DNA from: Octopus sinensis
Lineage: Eukaryota
Assembly: GCF_006345805.1 (NCBI RefSeq)
Contig: NC_042997.1
Location: 173,972,001 to 174,036,000, forward strand
Reading direction: 5' to 3'
Length of the DNA: 64,000 bases
Part shown: in pieces, positions 26,298 to 40,600 of the stretch
Numbering within the stretch: the stretch's first letter is position 1
Layout: every line of letters starts with the position of its first letter
Notes under the pieces: generated by a model
Database searches by the model: none
Seen by the model: the letters and a program-made list of their open reading frames with translations, nothing else
What the model was told of the DNA's origin: nothing
Position numbers and translations under genes: made by a program

Positions 26298-26353
<56 letters not shown>

Positions 26354-26361
26354 CATACATG

Positions 26362-26407
<46 letters not shown>

Positions 26408-26411
26408 CATG

Positions 26412-26443
<32 letters not shown>

Positions 26444-27118
26444 CACACAAAAAAAAACACACACACACGCACTTACACAAACGAACACACACATATCTAT
26501 TTACAGTGGAACTCAAGTTCTTTAGCATGCTTTTATGCATGGAGTAAATGCTGAATGGATTCCCGAATCACCCTTCATGCACATACACATACATAGACAC
26601 ACACGCACACACACACACACACACACACATACACGCGCGCACGCACACACGTATGTGGTTGGTCACAGAGCCGAGTGGGAGAAGGCCTTATATCAAAATA
26701 TTTAAAATCCAAACACTGAAACCTTACTAGACCGAATATTACTCAGTACATTGAGTTTTGAAATATTTTAGACAAAAAATACCGTCAAGACATTTTTTTT
26801 TAAAGATTGTAGAAGAAAGTTTATTCGATGAATGTATTACAACGTCTTTCTTTTTGCTACCGCAGGTTAATTATTTTAGAGAAAATTAACTTCTTCAAAC
26901 ACTTATTTTATTGATTTAATAATGAGTTCATATGCGAAATTTATTTTTATTTTATTTTATATAATGCTACATCATAATAAGAAAGATAAGCAAGATATGA
27001 TGAGCACATTTAGTAATGACAGATGATCAGAATAAAAGTATAAAGCAGGGATACGATACCGAAGACATATGTGAAAACTTAATTTATCTTCCGCACTTTA
27101 AATTCTCTCATTATAAAA

Positions 27119-27510
27119 TTCTAGAAGTATCGCCCGGCGTTTCTCGGGTTTGTTTCGACCCTTTAGAACAGGAATTTTTGAAAAGTAAAAATTTTGCATT
27201 ATGTAGCTTGTTATTCTCTTTAAGTAAACATTTTTCTGGTTGAAATGAACCGAAAAATGGCGACAGAGTAGTCAAAAAATCGTAAAAAATTAGGGATTTT
27301 CATAGAAAAAAGGCACCTTTTTGAGGTAAATAATTTTTGGTCTTAACATGGTCCGATTTGAATTTTATCTTCTACGGAATGAAGAGCAAGCTTTCTTCTA
27401 TCATACTCTCAATTTTGGTCAACTTGCACCGCAGGGTTTCGAAGGAGATAATGTTAGTTGAAGGCTACCAAACCTGCTACACACACAACTTCAGCTTTAT
27501 ATATATAGGT
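27119..27510 (+). mobile_element. Helentron/DINE-1-like non-autonomous element
   Basis: CTAG...CGCCCGGCGTT.CTCGGG 5' end and CAGCTTTATATATATAG 3' end. Confidence 0.55.
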
Positions 27511-27959
27511 TTATCTTTTTTTTTTTTTAAAGAGTAATACAAACCTACCAATCAATTAAAAGGCCGAATTTTGATAAGCAGAAAGCACTTTCGTACACTA
27601 GCTTCTCTCCCTTTGCCTCACTCATTCGCTCCACAGGTGAGTTATAATAATGCTCCTGCAGCGATTATCAGAAGCATTCATTGCAAACACGCTCCTTTGA
27701 AAAATTCCCCGTAAAGATGATGGATGAGTTAGTGTTATTTATTCATGCTAGGAATTTTTCGGCTTTTAATGTAGTACATGATAATGAACCAGATGACATT
27801 TCAGGGTACGTTGCTAGTTAAAGAGGATAGGTTAATCATTTAATCTTGTTTGTTTCAGTCATTACGCAGTGGCCATGATGGTGTCTCTCCTTCCTTGAAA
27901 GTTTAAATCGATCAAAAATTCACCTCAGTTCTTATTCTGAGTCTGTGACTTGTTTCCAA

Positions 27960-28600
27960 TCAGCTTCCTATTGCCGACTCGCTAACTTACGGGACGTAAA
28001 CAAACCAACACCGGTTTCGATTTGGTAGATGGAAACTGAAAGAAGCCCGTCATATATATAATGTGTGTCTCTGTGTTTGTGTGTTTGTTCTCTACCACCA
28101 TTTGAAATCGGTGTTGGTGTGCTTATGTTCTTATTACTTAGCTGTTCAGCAAAAGACAACGATAACAAGCTTAAAAACAATTTAGTGATAGCGTCGATCC
28201 GTTCATCTAAAATTATACGATGTGTTCCAGTATGGGGGCGGTCAAGTGACTGAAACAAGAAAAAGGTAAAAGATAAAGAGTAAAAGGCGTAGGCGTGGCT
28301 GTGCAGTAAGAAGCTTGCTTCCCAACCACATGATTCAGGGTTCAGACCCACAGCGCGGCATCTTGGACAAGTGTCTTCTACCATAGCCTGCGTGTGTGTG
28401 TATGTCTTTGTGTGTGTCTTTATCCCCTACAACTGATATTTGTGTGTTTACGTCCTCGTAACTTAGTGGTTCAGCAAAAGATATCGATAGAATAAGAATC
28501 AGGCTTTAAAAATGTACTGGAGTTGATCCATTTGACTAAAACTTGTCAAGGCTGTGTTCCAGTATTACCGCAGTCAAATGACTGAAGCGGGTAAAAGATA
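27960..28600. mobile_element. Cluster of rearranged SINE family B fragments
   Basis: Head, body and tail motifs occur in both orientations. Confidence 0.7.
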
Positions 28601-28759
28601 GGAGATAATTAATTGTAAATTTAAGTATTGAAGTAGAGCCTTGAATTAAAAAAATGAACGTTTATTGTTTTAGTGGTTGAAGGAGGAGAAGAAAGGAAAA
28701 AAAATGTCAATGAAGTGATAATCTGGAAGAAAAAAGAAAAGGAAAAATGATCAAGAACT

Positions 28760-29060
28760 GGAAAATACTTTAAATTGGAATAAAAGAAGAATAATTATAG
28801 AGGTCTCTAAAGCCTAGTACAAATGACACATCGTATGGAAGTGAGACAAATTTGAGTAAGGGAAAGTTTATTGATAAAAAATTTATAAAATCATTTTCAA
28901 ATAAAACAGATGCATTTCAAAATGAATGTAGAAAACTGTTCGTGTAGAGAACGGAGTCGGGCCAAAGGAGGAAGTGAATCAGAAAAAAAAAAGACAAAAA
29001 GACAAGAAGACAGAGAAGATGTAAAGGATAGAATAAAGTAAAACTCTATAACTAAGATTT
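28760..29060 (+). mobile_element. Highly decayed RTE-like LINE 3' part
   Basis: YGSET and DAFQNECRK remnants resemble the LYGSETW...AF...CLR motifs. Confidence 0.4.
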
Positions 29061-29432
29061 AAACTGGAACTTGTTCACAAGAGTTAAATAGGTAATGTAT
29101 AGAGGTGATTTTATAAATGAAAAGTACGCAATGTTTAAACATTGTTAGAAACAACACGTATAAAATTAAAGAATAATTACTTTCTGCTGAATGCGTAACC
29201 CCATGCTAAGGTCATTAGGAGTAAAATGTGCTTTTAAAAATTCATTATGTATTTTGATGCTTTAAAATCATCTTCCTAGTCAAGGTAATAGTTTCAATAT
29301 GGTAGTTTGTAATATGGCGATGAATTAAGCGAAGTTGATAGTATTAATAAGGGAAGAAAGTTATAGAAGAATGTTTCGTTTTTGGATTTGGTTTGCAAGA
29401 TTCTTTATATGAGTTCGTGTGTTGAAGCATAT

Positions 29433-29653
29433 TCTGTTGTGTCTGGAGAGAGTCATTTTCTTTTTCTGCCTTATAATGAAACACTCACCGGTAAAATTTC
29501 CACTTATTTCTTAGAGTCAAGATTATTGACAAGGTTGCAAGACGCAACGAAAATTTTAGGAAAATAAAATTAAGAAATAAGTGGAAATTTTACCGGTGAG
29601 TGTGTTACATTTTAGGGCACAAAAAGAAAATGACTCTACCCAGACACAACAGA
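29433..29653. repeat. Inverted repeat, arms about 81 bp, 57-nt spacer
   Basis: ACACTCACCGGTAAAATTTCCACTTATTTCTTA vs TAAGAAATAAGTGGAAATTTTACCGGTGAGTGT. Confidence 0.92.
29523..29559 (+). ncRNA. Minimal hammerhead variant with U3-A8 core, in the spacer
   Basis: UUA-UUGACAA-G-GUUGC-AAGAC-GCAAC-GAAA-AUU-U-UAG. Confidence 0.5.
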
Positions 29654-30192
29654 TTATAGAGGAATGATACAGTTGAAAATCAAATTATAAGAACTTGGTA
29701 TTATGCAAAGGATACTTTTAAACAAATTACTAATTTCTGATGCACTTAACCGTAAGTTTAAATTGATCTTTTTTAACGCTAAGAATTTTTTCCTGATTCT
29801 CCCAATATCCGTTTTGTGGGAATAAAGAGTCCAATCGCTGGATTATGATCTTTCAAAGTGTAGTGAGGAATTTTAAGAGTGAGCGTTTTGGTTCTATTAT
29901 GAAAATTACAAATGTCATGATATTTAAATTTACATACGTTAGGTATTAGAACTGCATACTCCAAGAGATTCGGCAGCGATGCAGTAGTCACTTTGAAAAT
30001 CGTTTGTTTTTGAGCACGTAAGTCTCCCGTTCATTGTTTCGGTTTCGTAGTTATTTAGATACTGGAAATATTTCATCTGGCAATATTTCAAAACAACACT
30101 TTATCAAAAACAGAAGCAAAGATGTCTATTAAATACTAAGGATAGTACTGTTTACCACGTCTCTTCTCTCTTTAAAAGCTATATATATATAC

Positions 30193-30253
<61 letters not shown>

Positions 30254-30263
<10 letters not shown>

Positions 30264-30485
30264 AATTAAGGACTGAACACGAAAAGCGAACAGTCAACAT
30301 GCTAGATATAGACGTCAAATCGCCATTCTCCACAAAGATTATGTTCTCAAATCAAACTCAGCACAGTTTGATTTGTGCTGAGTTTGATTTGAGAACATAA
30401 TCTTTGTGGAGAATGGCGATTTGACGTCTATATCTAGCATGTTGACTGTCCACTTTTCGTGTTCAGTCCTTAATTGGTATATATA
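30254..30485. repeat. Fold-back inverted repeat, arms about 110 bp, 8-nt loop
   Basis: Direct comparison of the arms; no HHR found. Confidence 0.95.
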
Positions 30486-30901
30486 AATATTTTAATCTTC
30501 GGATTCTTTTTTAATATGCTAGACCACTGGTTTTAATTGATAAATATCAATTTCTACCCTTAATTAATTATATATATATATTCACTAATTTCAATCATTG
30601 GCCTGCAACAATGCTGCGACACTGCCTGGAAGAGATTGGTCGAATAAATGGGCACACGTAGTAAATTTAAACACAACAACTATTCTATTAGGGTTTATCG
30701 TTGACGTGCTTAGTTATGGTGTCGTAAATAAACCAGCACCGGTTGTCAAGAGGCGGTGTGGGGAACAAGCACACACACACACACACACGCGGTAGTATTA
30801 TTATATGCACCCAAGTTTAAGATTGGGCATTCATCGTGTGTGAATATAAAATTGAAGAGCTCGGACTCAAGAAGGAGTACGGTTGGACATTTCTTTATTA
30901 T

Positions 30902-30992
30902 TCGCTACAGCTGTTTCGACACAAGAATAGAGGTATTTGATTATGGAACTGTTTGATTGCATACTGAGATCTAGTTCTGTTTCCTCAGGTGA
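30902..30992 (-). ncRNA. Partly decayed type I hammerhead, followed by AATAAA
   Basis: UCAC-CUGAGGA-AACA...UGUC-GAAA-CAGCUGU-A-GCGA; palindromic stem III ACAGCUGU, one stem I mismatch. Confidence 0.55.
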
Positions 30993-31479
30993 TATACGAG
31001 TGTTGTCTCCGTTAGCTTAAATTCGTCGACTTCAAGGCCATCACTGTTCGTCGTGGTTTGAAATTAGTAGCGGCTGATGGACCCATGGTGTTTACTGCGA
31101 GAGCATATTTGTCGGACTGCTATGAACAGTTGTAGATGGTACTGGCTGGCGTAATCAAATTTTCTTGGAGAACAATGTTACTTCGAAACAATTGAAGCGA
31201 ATAATAAATATCGAACCATACTTCTTCTTCACTCCAATCTCTTCAATTTTAAATATATACATATGTGTATATATGCGTATATATACAAATAAATATGTGT
31301 GTGTGTGTGTGTGTGTATGTGTAAATATATTTATGATACATACCCAGGGTAAAAAATATACTCTTATCAACATGTTAAACATATTGTCATTTACGTAGGA
31401 ATATTTAAATCTACACACATATCGCATACATCTATACATCTATCTATACCTCTGTATTTTTGCAGGTATGTATATATGT

Positions 31480-31701
31480 TTCTCTGTATCACTATATATA
31501 TATATTATATATATATATATATATACATCTCTCTCTCATACATATATGCATGTGTGTGTATACACATACATACTTATGTATATATATATATATAATATAT
31601 ATATAATACAGATAATATATATATATGTATTAATACATATATATATATATATAATGCATATATATATATATATATAATATATATCTATATATATATATAT
31701 A

Positions 31702-31751
<50 letters not shown>

Positions 31752-32187
31752 TATTAATATATATATATTATATATATATATACATACATACATATATACA
31801 TATACATTGAAAATATCCATGCGTATCGAGCTATACATACCACAGATGTCAAAATACGGCCAATTCGCATCTATTTATATTCACATGCATGCATAGATAT
31901 CTGCATGTATGCTTGCACACGTGCGTTGATATATATACGCATATATACGCATATACATAGATAAATATATATATATATATATATCAAGCACATAAAAATA
32001 CATGCTTACACAGAATCTAACTTAATTTTATACACGTACAAGCATAATGAAATTTATACATACTCACATGTACGTATTTCTGTTTGTCTGTGTGCCTCTC
32101 TCTCTCTCTCTCTCTCTCTCTCTATGTGTATACCTCTATCTGTGTGTGTATATATATATAATATATATATAATATATATATATGTAT

Positions 32188-32248
<61 letters not shown>

Positions 32249-32546
32249 ACGTGTGTATGTGTGTTTGTGTGTGTATATATGTATGCATATATGTGTTTGT
32301 ATATATATGCATACATACATATAGATACATATATATATATGTACACAAACATATATATATACATACATACATACATGTATACATACCAGATACATACATC
32401 CATACAAAAATTAGTACATACATACACATATCCGATATGCATATATACGTATTCACACACAGACACACATACATACATATATTCATTCATAAGTACATAT
32501 ATACGTACTAGGTACATACATGTACAAACGCACACATACACATATA

Positions 32547-32627
<81 letters not shown>

Positions 32628-33828
32628 GCACACGCACGCAGACACACGTACATTCACACAGGCATACATACATACATACATACATACTACATACATACAT
32701 ACATACATACATACATTCATACACATACATACGTACGTACATACATACATACATACATACATTTTACACACAGACACACATACATACATAATACATACAT
32801 ACATGCATACATACATACATACATATATACATACATACATACATACAGACATATATACATACTTACTTACGTACGTACGTACACAGCAACACACGGAGCT
32901 GTAGGTAAGTCGATGCATAGTTACATAGATATACATAAGAACCATGAATGACAGTTACGGGCTTCAGTCGGTCGGTGATTGGTTTATCGTCGACCTTCTG
33001 TCTCACACAGTGTTCCTCTTCACCGACCAATCTGACAGGCAACGTCGGAAAACTTTTATGGTAGCTAACTGACAAGTATTTCTAATCGGAACGCCAGTAC
33101 CTCTGACCGTTATCGACCCCCTACTTCATTTTAACGCCCTACGCTACCAAACAATCCGCCATCATCACCGCCGCCGCCACCGCCGCCATTTCTATTGTAT
33201 GTAATATCCACCATAGAAGAGTGCCTCGTTTCTCTTTCTTGTCTTTTGTTTTCCATTTTCCCTACCCACTTCCTTTCTTACAACCGACCCATCCACCATA
33301 TCATTCTCGCTCCGCTCTTTCCCACTCCTCTCTTTTACATCATGTATGTGTATTTGTGTATGTGTATTTGTGTATGTGTGTTTGTATGTGTGTGTGAGTG
33401 TGTGTGTGTGTGTGTGGTGTGTGTGTGCGTGTGCCGGAGAGCATAAATATATATATAGTGAAATATATATTATAATATGTATTTCTATGTATGTATGTAT
33501 GTATGATGTATGTATGTATGTATGTATGTATGTATGTATGTATGTATGTATGTATGCATGTATGTATGTATGTATGTATGTAATATATTTATAATATATA
33601 TATATATATATATATATTATATTATATTATATTATATTATATTATATTACATATATATATATATGTATATATGTATGTGTTTATATATATATATATATAT
33701 ACGTACGTACACATACTCATAAACATATATGCATATACACATTATATACACACAAATTATAGTATATATACGTATGTATATATATACAAATCTATATCTA
33801 TATTTATATATACATATATATATATATG

Positions 33829-33863
<35 letters not shown>

Positions 33864-33873
33864 TAGATATATG

Positions 33874-33908
<35 letters not shown>

Positions 33909-34000
33909 TATATATGTAGTATATATATATATGTGTGTGTGTATACATTATGTATATATATTATATACATACATGCATACATATATACAACACATGCATA
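31480..34000. repeat. Large compound (AT)n/(ATAC)n/(AC)n/(AG)n microsatellite field
   Basis: Direct inspection; short unique island at about 32890-33330. Confidence 0.95.
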
Positions 34001-34508
34001 CACATACCGCCATCACCTCTTCTTTCGACTTACAGCTCATGATCCGGAGATGCCTTCATTTTTGCCTTTCATTTTCGTTGGTTCGCAAGTAAAAATAAAA
34101 CGTCATTTCATGTTGGTATCATTTTTGATATTAGGCTTCTCTTAGTTTTTGCTTTTATTTTTATTCTACCTATATATCTATATCTATGCATCTATATAAA
34201 TGTGTGTGCGTGCGTGCATGTGTGTGTGTGTGTTCGTGTGTGCATGTGTGTATGTGTTCGTATGTGTGTGAATGTATGTGTGTATGTGCATTCTTAGTTC
34301 TGTTCGACCTCAAAGTGCTTCTGGCGTGAACGATTTTACTTTTTGTTCCTAGAGCGGTTCTCTTTTTCCAGTGCCTTCGATGGTTCATTTTAATATCTCG
34401 GCACGACTCTTGATATATATTTTCTGTTCTTGTTGATTTTTGTCTCTTATTTCCTTCATTTTAATTTTAATATTTCTCTCTGTATTTATTCTTCTATATG
34501 ATGAATAT

Positions 34509-34817
34509 GGAGGCGCAATGGCCCAGTGGTTAGGGCAGCGGACTCGCGTTCGTAGGATCGCGGTTTCGATTCCCAGACCGGTCATTGTGAGTGTTCATTA
34601 AGTGAAAACACCAAAAGCTCCACGAAGCTCCGGCAGGGGGTGGTGGCGATCCTTGCTATACTATTTCGTCGCAACTTTCTCTCACTCTTTCTTCTGTTGG
34701 CTTGCTCGCTTAGCCAGCGGGGTGGCGTCATTTGAAGGCTAAAACAGTGCGTAACGCATTGTGACCAGCGATGTGTAGCAACATCTGATAGCCTGGTCGG
34801 TCACGTGATCACGTGAT
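34509..34817 (+). mobile_element. SINE family C with alternative 3' end ((CACGTGAT)2)
   Basis: Head as at 49771; short duplication ATGAATAT on both flanks. Confidence 0.8.
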
Positions 34818-34943
34818 AATGAATATATTTATTCTTCTATATAATATAATGCACATTCTCTAGAGATGTGGTTACGTTACATTGTTAGGCATAAGGCCAG
34901 TTGTTTTAAGGGTGAGAACAATCAATCATATTCGTTTTTAACT

Positions 34944-35140
34944 TTCGGCGCAAGGCCAGCAAGTTCAGGGGAGGACCGAAAGTCGATTACATTGACCTCA
35001 GTTCTCAGCTGGTACTTATTTCATCGACCCCGATAGGATGAAAAATTAAGTTGACCTCGGCGGAATTGAACTCAGAACGTAAAAGCGGACGAAATGCCGC
35101 GAAAAATTTTGCCCATTGCGCGAACGATTCTGCCAGCTTG
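34944..35140 (-). mobile_element. SINE family A
   Basis: Reverse complement of the family body. Confidence 0.8.
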
Positions 35141-35598
35141 TTGCTTTAATATTGTGGGACATCTATGCTCTTCTTTAGTTAATTCATTTACATCTGAAGA
35201 GTACTGACGAAGCTTTAAGACGACTGAAACATGGCTTGAGCTGATGAGTGCTCAACTCGACAGGAAAGGGATCTTCATTTGACAACGGCTTGGTTCGACA
35301 ATAGTCTAACTCAATTCAAGAAAATACTGAAGTTGGCTGGAAACTGTAGAACAATTTGGGTTGTTTTGTCTTATTAATGGTACTTATTTTATTCCTGTCT
35401 TCCTTTTTGACAAACCAGGATAAGATACGAAGTCAACTTTGATGTGGTTTCAACATAACTAAACGTTAAATCTGCCCAGGGATTTCTACCTACTTTGCCT
35501 TTCACCGGCCATGATGTTACACAAACTATTAAAGATGCATTTTCTGAAAATATCTTGTATGTGTTGTTGTTTATCTCCACTCAGGACGCAGAGAACAG

Positions 35599-35705
35599 AA
35601 GAAGAAGAAGAAGAAAAAGAAGAAGACGAAAATGAAGAAGGAGGAGGAGGAGAAGGAGGAAGAGGAGAAGGAGGAGGAGGAGGACGAAGACGACGAGGAG
35701 GAGGT
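35599..35705. repeat. (GAA)/(GGA) trinucleotide tract
   Basis: Direct inspection. Confidence 0.9.
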
Positions 35706-35837
35706 TTCTAAATATATTCACATGCCTCTTTAATTCAAATAAAACTTATATATAATATATATATATATCTTAGAGGAGAAATTAAAATCCAAGGCAGAAC
35801 GAGGTAGCTAAATGACTTGAGATATATATATATCAGT

Positions 35838-35888
<51 letters not shown>

Positions 35889-36000
35889 CATGTCCAAAAG
35901 GGAAATGGAATTTAATTAGAATTAAAACATTCAATCAAAATTTACATTTCCAGTGGTCTAACGTGCAAAAAAAATTAGTCAAGAAGACTATATATTAGTA

Positions 36001-36272
36001 ATACGATATAGTGTATATTTAAAACAAAGGAATCACTTATAGGGAATTCAGCACGCTAGAAAGAACAGCTAGGTTCTGTAAACCACAAAAATAACGATAA
36101 AATTCGACAGGAATAAAGTTGGAAATGAAAAACAATTTTTTCATTTCCAAATTTATTCCTGTCGAATTTTATCCGTTATTTTTGTGGTTTACAAAACCTA
36201 GCTGTTCTTTCTAGCGTGATGAATTCCCTATAAGTGGATTCCTTATGTGTTTAGATATACACTGTATCGTAT
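36001..36272. repeat. Fold-back inverted repeat, arms about 132 bp, 4-nt loop
   Basis: GGAAATGAAAAA-CAAT-TTTTTCATTTCC centre; the arms show several mismatches and indels. Confidence 0.93.
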
Positions 36273-36275
36273 GAT

Positions 36276-36308
<33 letters not shown>

Positions 36309-36391
36309 ATATATAACACCACTCTCTTTTTTATCTCTTAAATACACATCTTTCATTTTTCCTTCTCAATCATAATTTCTCTTTTCCTCAT

Positions 36392-36438
<47 letters not shown>

Positions 36439-36669
36439 TTCACACTCTACTGCATTAAAAAAAAGCAGCAGCGTTCGGGCTGTTGCACATCGAATAATGC
36501 AGTTCTGTATATAATATTCTTGAACGTATCACGTTGTTGCCACGGTTGGAAATCCTTTGATCATAGTTCATCTGAATCCGAGCTGACTGACTGACCTAAG
36601 GGTATAACAACAAAAATATACATTCAGTTAATAGTATTTTTCATTTCCTCTCTTTACTCTCTCTCTTCT

Positions 36670-36700
<31 letters not shown>

Positions 36701-37009
36701 TCTCTCTCTCTCAACGATGACAGTTTTATATCGAAAACCATCGCCCAGTGTCAAACACAATAACTGTAAAACATAGGAGGCCAAACTTTTTATCGAATCT
36801 TATCATTATTTGTGATGTTTTCTCTCAGGTGTATCTAATTAAGTGATTGCAACTAATTACATTAATTAACAAGAATGTATTACCAGCGTTAAAAAAAATG
36901 AAATTAATTGGTAGCCAAAGATAAAAAACAAGTTTTCTATTTCGTTTAAATAAATATATATTTATTTTTTAGAGAATGCTTTTATTACTCCCACTGCTGC
37001 TGGTGCTAC

Positions 37010-37115
37010 TGATGATGATGAAGATGATGATGATGATGGTGGTGGTGGAGTTGGTGATGATGATGATGATGATGATGATGATGGTGGTGGTAGAGTTAGT
37101 GATGATGATGATGAT
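37010..37115. repeat. (GAT)/(GGT) trinucleotide tract
   Basis: Direct inspection. Confidence 0.9.
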
Positions 37116-37768
37116 GTCCTCGTTTAATTATTTCATTAATTCACATTTCAATAAAACTGAGGAATGAGGAACTAGCTATTTTTTATTAGCCTGATAAAGA
37201 AGGGACAAGCTCACAACCATGTTGAGGCCTTCTTAAATTTGAAATAATAGTCAATTAAGTCCGCTTTCCTTGAAGTTCACCAATCTATTGCAACTATAGC
37301 TAATATTATGCAAGCGACTTCTAACCATGAGCTCTTTTTTTTTTGCACCTGACTCTATCAAAACACTGAAAGTGCAACGTCTATAACATTCCATTGCATG
37401 GTTACACAAGCGAAAATAGAGAGAAACTATATGCAAGGCCTCTTTTGGCGTAGTATGCCTAATCTGGTCGTTTCGTTTATTACTATTAACTGACCACATT
37501 AAGTATAACTTTAGCAGAATCTACTCTGTTGACCATGAATGGTGGACATAACCCGTTGTCAAGTTTAACACTACCTTTTAACCACACTGAATGAGGCCTT
37601 AATGAAATCCACCCTGTTGCTGTCATCCAGTTTAAAACCGCTACCTAACTTTTAGGTGTGATTTCAGCGGAGGCCATACTGCTGAAGTCAGGTCTTTGGT
37701 CTAATGATAGATGATTTGCACTACAGCAGCTGCCCAAGATTCAAAATATCTTCGTTCTTTGCCCTCAC

Positions 37769-37959
37769 CATTTGTGCTGAAGTCTGTGTAATCGTCCTTT
37801 GACTGAGTCATTAAAAAATATACCTGGCATAACAAAATTTGTTTTAAATAACGTGTTGACATCTCTGTGCAAAACAAAAGAAAATAAGTCTGTTCTAGGC
37901 CCCAGAAAGTTTAAGCGTACTTTCACGAACTCGGAATATATTTCTGTATCCATATGGCT
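37769..37959 (-). CDS. Candidate 191-nt exon (SHMDTEIYSEFVKVRLNFLGPRTDLFSFVLHRDVNTLFKTNFVMPGIFFNDSVKGRLHRLQHKW), unidentified
   Basis: TTTTATCTTTCAG acceptor, ATG|GTGAGG donor, and an open frame across the whole interval. Confidence 0.4.
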
Positions 37960-38129
37960 CTGAAAGATAAAACACTAAATCATTTCTCATTCTTCTCGTT
38001 ACTACTCAGTCACTCCCAACTGACTATCTTCTACCTTATTTCAATATCCCTATACCTACTAATTATCTATATACCTTCGGCAATGCCGAACTTAATTTAA
38101 CGTGATACATAAATCATCTCTCTAGATTT

Positions 38130-38260
38130 AGAAAGACTATGAAAATGAAGACTATTGTAAGTGATATTAGGAAAGCCTTTGGCGCTGTTATGAAAACATT
38201 TTGACTAAATTAGCTTTCTTCAGATTACACCCATGACTTAATCATTTTGATCCGAAGTTT
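38130..38260 (+). mobile_element. Decayed LINE RT fragment
   Basis: DIRKAFGAV resembles the D+.KAFD.V RT motif. Confidence 0.4.
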
Positions 38261-39687
38261 TCCATGTCTTCAAATACCATCCCATCATATGCCATCCAAT
38301 CTGAGAATCCTCTTCTCTGTCATTTCTGTTCAGCCCATAGGATTTGTAATCCCGTCTATTTCTTTCGTCTGTTCATAAATCACCACGAACTCCCTTCACT
38401 CTGATGCAAATTTTAAAGTTCATCCTACTTCATTATAACTTTTGCCAATACTTTTGTCGAGAAAGCCACAGAATATCTTTCTCGTCAATTAATGAAGACC
38501 CTAATAGTTTTATGTAATAAGAACAGACAAAGCAGCGACATCGAGCGACAGTTCTTACTGTTTAACCGCAAGTCAACGCCTAAGGAAAATTATGCTTGAA
38601 GGCCTTCCAACAATGATTATCTCGCCTCTTTCATTCAATGATAGTGCATACAAAACCACATAACTCATTGTATTTCTCTTTTATATATATATTTTTAAAT
38701 ATATAATACGGTGTGGGCTGACAAGATTAGTTGCTATTTCTAACATATCTATTGACTATGTTGAATTCACCAAACTGTTGTTTCTTATATCCAATTCTTC
38801 ATGATAGAGTCATTCTATGTTCTATGGAAGTTTCAAACATGGCAGTTTATTTTTTTTATTTAAGCATACTGCATCCATATTCACGTTATCAAATATGCAT
38901 CTCAGACAATAGAGTAAGGCGTTTAGGAAAATACTGTTGTTACTTTTAGCAGGACGACCACAGATTCAACCTCATTGACTTCAGTTTTTATGTACCTTTA
39001 TTTAAAGTCAAATTCCCAATATAAAAGATCTTCTTCACTTCCTATTCTGGATCATACACCATGCTATTGTAATTCTTCTTTCTCAAAAAATCCAATATTC
39101 TTAAGATTGTTACAGAGCTGAATTTTCTCCTCTGCAGTAAGAAATTCATATAAAAGTAATTTTATTAAAATCATATACGTAATAACAACAACAGAAATTA
39201 CAACAATACCAGCAGTAACAATCTACGAACAAAGAAATAAAGGAAGTTTTTTACGATCAATTGTCCTCCTATATATAGTAGCCAACTCTCCTTTAAATTA
39301 CGTCTTTAATGAAAGAAGTTAAAAACATAGCAAATTATAAACTTAGATATACAAAAAAAAAGAAGAAAAGAAACGAAATTTTCATCTGCTTCCTTTGATC
39401 TGCGTAATCACGACTACATAGGGTTAAACATTAACAACAAAATAACAACAATGTGTTGCATAGATGATCGTGCAAATCTAATATTACAACACGTTCAAGA
39501 GTTTTATTAAGAGAATAGTTTGCCTGAAACAAATACAAACCAAAGGGCGAAGTCTCCCAGAAGTCACACAACTTGCTAGAAATAACAACTGAATTACCTG
39601 CTTCCACGTGGTTCACAATTCTCTCAATTAGCAGCCTTGAATGAAGATAGCAGCCGATTTTCATTCAACCATCTATAAGACTCTACA

Positions 39688-39776
<89 letters not shown>

Positions 39777-40231
39777 ACACACACAGACATACACACACAC
39801 ACACACCACCACCACCACCACTACCAACTCCAAAACCATCAAGCAAGGGCATGGCTATGTGAATCTAGGTTCGATCACACTGCACAGCAGTAAGATAATG
39901 ATTGTGAAAAGCTGTTGTTACGTTTTGTCACAACTTCCGATAGAGTTTTTACACTAATTTAAAAGTCTGTCATTCCGTCTTTACCTTAGATTAATAAGTT
40001 CGAAGGATTGTTTTTTTGTCCTTATAGCACGGAAATATATAATTTCATCATTTTCAAAACCTATCGTTGTCATTACTTTTTTTCCTTTAATATATAAAAG
40101 ACAAGCATTTAAACATTTTTTCAGCAAGTTCGTTATTTCTCTTTCATTTAATAAACTCCACTTAACTTTAACTTAAATAAACGTATGCATGTATTATGAT
40201 CCATCCATCCATCCTTCCATATATATATATG

Positions 40232-40343
<112 letters not shown>

Positions 40344-40536
40344 CGTATGTATGTATGTATATATACGTATATGTGTATATATAAATATATCCATATATGT
40401 ATCTATATGTATGTACATGTATACACATACGCGTGCACACACACACACACTCACAGATACACACACATACACACACACACACATATATATATAGACAGAC
40501 AGACAGACAGACAGACAAATAGATAGATAGATAGAT

Positions 40537-40600
<64 letters not shown>

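Noticed and set aside
31155-34003. Long YI/HT/CV-rich ORFs (also at 6.2, 17, 18.6, 40, 55 and 59 kb)
   Set aside because: These are translations of microsatellites.
35236-35260. TGATGA in a short hairpin as an HHR or C/D snoRNA box
   Set aside because: GACA instead of GAAA; no convincing box D or terminal stem.
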